NCBI GenBank assembly: GCA_052055015.1
Contig: JBQJIT010000018.1
Strand: one strand, 5' to 3'
Source: Malassezia furfur
Lineage: Eukaryota
DNA: 64,000 bases
Position numbers and translations under genes: made by a program
Shown here: in pieces, positions 61,342 to 64,000 of the stretch
Layout of the letters: each line of letters starts with the position of its first letter
Position numbering within the stretch: the first letter of the stretch is position 1
Notes under the pieces: model-generated
Seen by the model: only the letters and a program-made list of their open reading frames with translations
The model's database searches: none
Told to the model about the DNA's origin: nothing

Positions 61342-62980
61342 CTAATGCGTCTTTTTGGTGGAGGCCACCCGGTCGAGCGCCACGAGCCGCTCGGTGAGCG
61401 TGGGGTGAGAATGGTGGTAGGCGCTGTACAGAGAATCGTGGTACATAGACGAAAGACTGTGTGAGCATGTGCGCAACGTACTTGTGTATGTGCAGCTTGA
61501 CGAGCGAGCGCTTGAGGAGCTCTGTGTACGGCTCTTGCTCCTCGGGCAGCGCATCCCCAATCGTCTCAGAGGGCAGGCGGTGCGCAGGCACCTCGCTCAG
61601 GCGGTCGACCCAGTCGACCACCGTCGCGCTTGGCTGTACATCGTCGCTGTCACCGCCCTTGGCCTCAATCAGACGCATCGCCTCGATCTCGGCAGCCGTT
61701 CTGGGCGCGCGCGGAAGCTCGGCGGCAAAGCTGGGTTAGGCACTTGCCCACGTACCGGTCAGCGGCGTACTCCATACGGCGCACAGCCGCATTGATACCG
61801 AAGCGGAGCACCGCGTCAGTGGGGTTCAGAACCAACTGGAACAGCTCCAGGCCGACCATCACGGGCAGGTACGGCTCCACGACCAGCGCGCCAGGCGCCA
61901 CGCGCTGCACAAAGCCAAACGCACGGTACAGCGAGGCGTTGTGGATGAACAGCGTGAAGAGCGAGAGCATGAGCACGAGGTTGAGCTGCGACATAAGCAC
62001 GAGCTTCACCGGGTCCGAGTGTGCCCAGTGTCCCAGCTCGTGCGCCAGCACCGCCTCGATCTCTTCGGGCGTCGACTTCTCAATGAGCGTGTCGTAGATG
62101 ACTGGGTCAGCTAGCGCGAGAGCAACATACCGATGTGCTTGCCGCCGCCGGGCACAATGCCGTAAAAGTACGCATTCGAGTGCGAGCTGCGCTTGCTCCC
62201 GTCGATCACGTACAGGTGCTTGAGCGGGAAGTGCAGCGCACTCGCAAGCGCCACGACGCGGTCGCGCAGGGCGCCCTCGGAGAGCGGCGTGAGCTTGTTA
62301 AAGAACGGTTGGATGACGAGCGGGTAGAGCACGCTGCCGAACAGGATGACCACCGTGAAGAGCAGCATGACGTACACGACAAAGTAGTCTCCCGCCCAGC
62401 GGATCACCCACACGGCGAGCATCACGAGCGGCGCACCGATGGCGGCGCCGACGACCCACCCCTTGATGGTGTCGCTGACGAACGTCGCGAGCGTGAGCTT
62501 GTTGAACCCGTGGCGCTCCTCAACGACAAAGTTGCGGTACAGCCCGAGCGGGATGCCCACCACCTCGTGCATTGCCGAGTTCACAATGACCCACATCGCC
62601 GACTTGGTCACCTCGTTCGCCGGCGCACCGACGGCGGTGAGCAGGTCGCTGGCCCACACCCACGCAAGCGCGTAGAAATCGAAGTAGACGGCGGCGAGGT
62701 TGTATGCATGCGCAATCGCGTCCGAGACCAGCGCAAAGCGCGCCTTGTCGCGGCCGTATGCCTGGCTTTTGGTAAAGGTGTCGAGCGACACGTGGGGTAC
62801 GAGCGCCTTGGGCGGCATCGTCTTGTCGTACAGGCGCAACTGGCGCACCGCTACGTACGTCTCGAACAGGTACACGCCCCACAGCAGGCAGATCACCAGC
62901 TGCTTCCAGGGGATCGTGGGCGTGTCGAGGTACGCGGCGGCGCCCTTAATTTCGCTCGCGGCGTGCGCGAGCCAGGTCAT
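61342..62980 (-). CDS. STE24: CaaX prenyl protease 1 (peptidase M48); introns 62102-62130, 61731-61755, 61457-61481
   Basis: EERHGFNK, DGSKRSSHSNAYFYG, AVLAHELGHW, RRMEYAAD and YHHSHPTLTERL. Confidence 0.96.
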
Positions 62981-63000
62981 GGTGGTATGGGTTTAGTCAG

Positions 63001-64000
63001 CTACCAGAAGTCGTCCTCGTCGTCGCGGCCGCGCTGGCGCTTGGACGCGACGGCCTGTGCGCGGTACATGTGTGCAATCTGCTCGGGCGCCGTCGACTCT
63101 TCGGGCGCCTTGTCGTCGCGGATGCGGAGGAAGCGCGGGAAGCGCAGCGAGATGCCGCGCGCGTCGATGAGGCCCTTGGCCGCCGTGTACACTGGGCTCA
63201 GCGACAGGTCCGCCGTGAGCACCTCCCAGACGATTTTTGGCGCGAAATAGACCTGGGTGAGCAGCGCACACGTACATCGGGTTTTGCATCGCCGACATCA
63301 TAGTATCCCTTTTTCTGCGTAAGCTCCAGTGCCTTGAGCGTGGTGTAGTGCGCGTCCAGATCGGCCTCGGAGAAGCCGGTGCCGATCTTGCAGATGCTCT
63401 GGTACGTCTCCGAGTCCTCGTCGTCTGCGTCAGCAACAGCACACGCACAGCACGCAAGGAGGAAGGCACCGTACACGTTGGTGCGCTTGCCCTTGCCGTA
63501 GTAGCCGCCGATTACGGTCAGATCGAGGCTGTCGCCCGTGTCGGACACTGGGTGAGTCGTGCGGCGTACAATAGTCCTTTTTGAGCTTGAGCCAGTTGAT
63601 CGAGCGGCGGCTTGGTTCGTACGTCGCGTCGGCGCCGTCGAGCATCTTGACCATGAGTCCCTCGCAGCCGCTTGCGACGCTCTCGTCCAGGAACGTCTGG
63701 ATCTCTTCGGTGGTGTGGCAGTCGCGGCGCGTCGCAAAGTCAAACTCGTCGGCGACCGGAACAAAGTGCGCAAACAGCTTGGCGCGGCGCTCCGAGAGCG
63801 CGAGATGCAGCAGCGGCTCACCGTTCAGGTAGAGCAGGTCGAAGCCAAACAGCTTTACAAACACCTTAATGTCCTCCGCCTTGACATCCTTGCGCTTCCG
63901 CCGGCTCAGCTCCTGGAAGGGCAACAGGCGCCCGACACTGGCGTCCGGCCGCTCGGCACGCGCAACGTGCAGCGGCTGCCACGCGACCGCCTCGGCGTCG
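63001..64000 (-). CDS. CDC9: DNA ligase I, 3' part (gene continues beyond the window); introns 63548-63569, 63425-63448, 63253-63275
   Basis: FDLLYLNGE, CEGLMVK, WLKLKKDY, CKIGTGFS and SLRFPRFLRIRDDK. Confidence 0.96.

Overview
Eukaryotic, GC-rich, extremely compact fungal DNA. It is a basidiomycete (carries the SPE3-LYS9 fusion and Rab18), and the gene density, tiny introns and high GC best fit a Malassezia species (inference). I can support about 44 protein-coding genes, one pseudogene and one intron-containing tRNA-Ser(CGA). I see no mobile element or CRISPR array. Most broken ORFs in the track are explained by 76 hand-spliced GT-AG introns of 21-41 nt (median 24 nt). The most notable observations are: (1) ultra-short introns with a dip at 24 nt, plus micro-exons down to 5 nt; (2) an apparently catalytically dead STE24 paralogue in tandem with intact STE24; (3) a CACGTG E-box just upstream of many genes; (4) overlapping or abutting genes and 20-90 nt intergenic gaps; (5) tandem duplications (two AGPAT genes; an ABM-domain gene plus its pseudogene). 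Gene models and family calls were made by eye from recalled motifs; no database search or RNA evidence was used.
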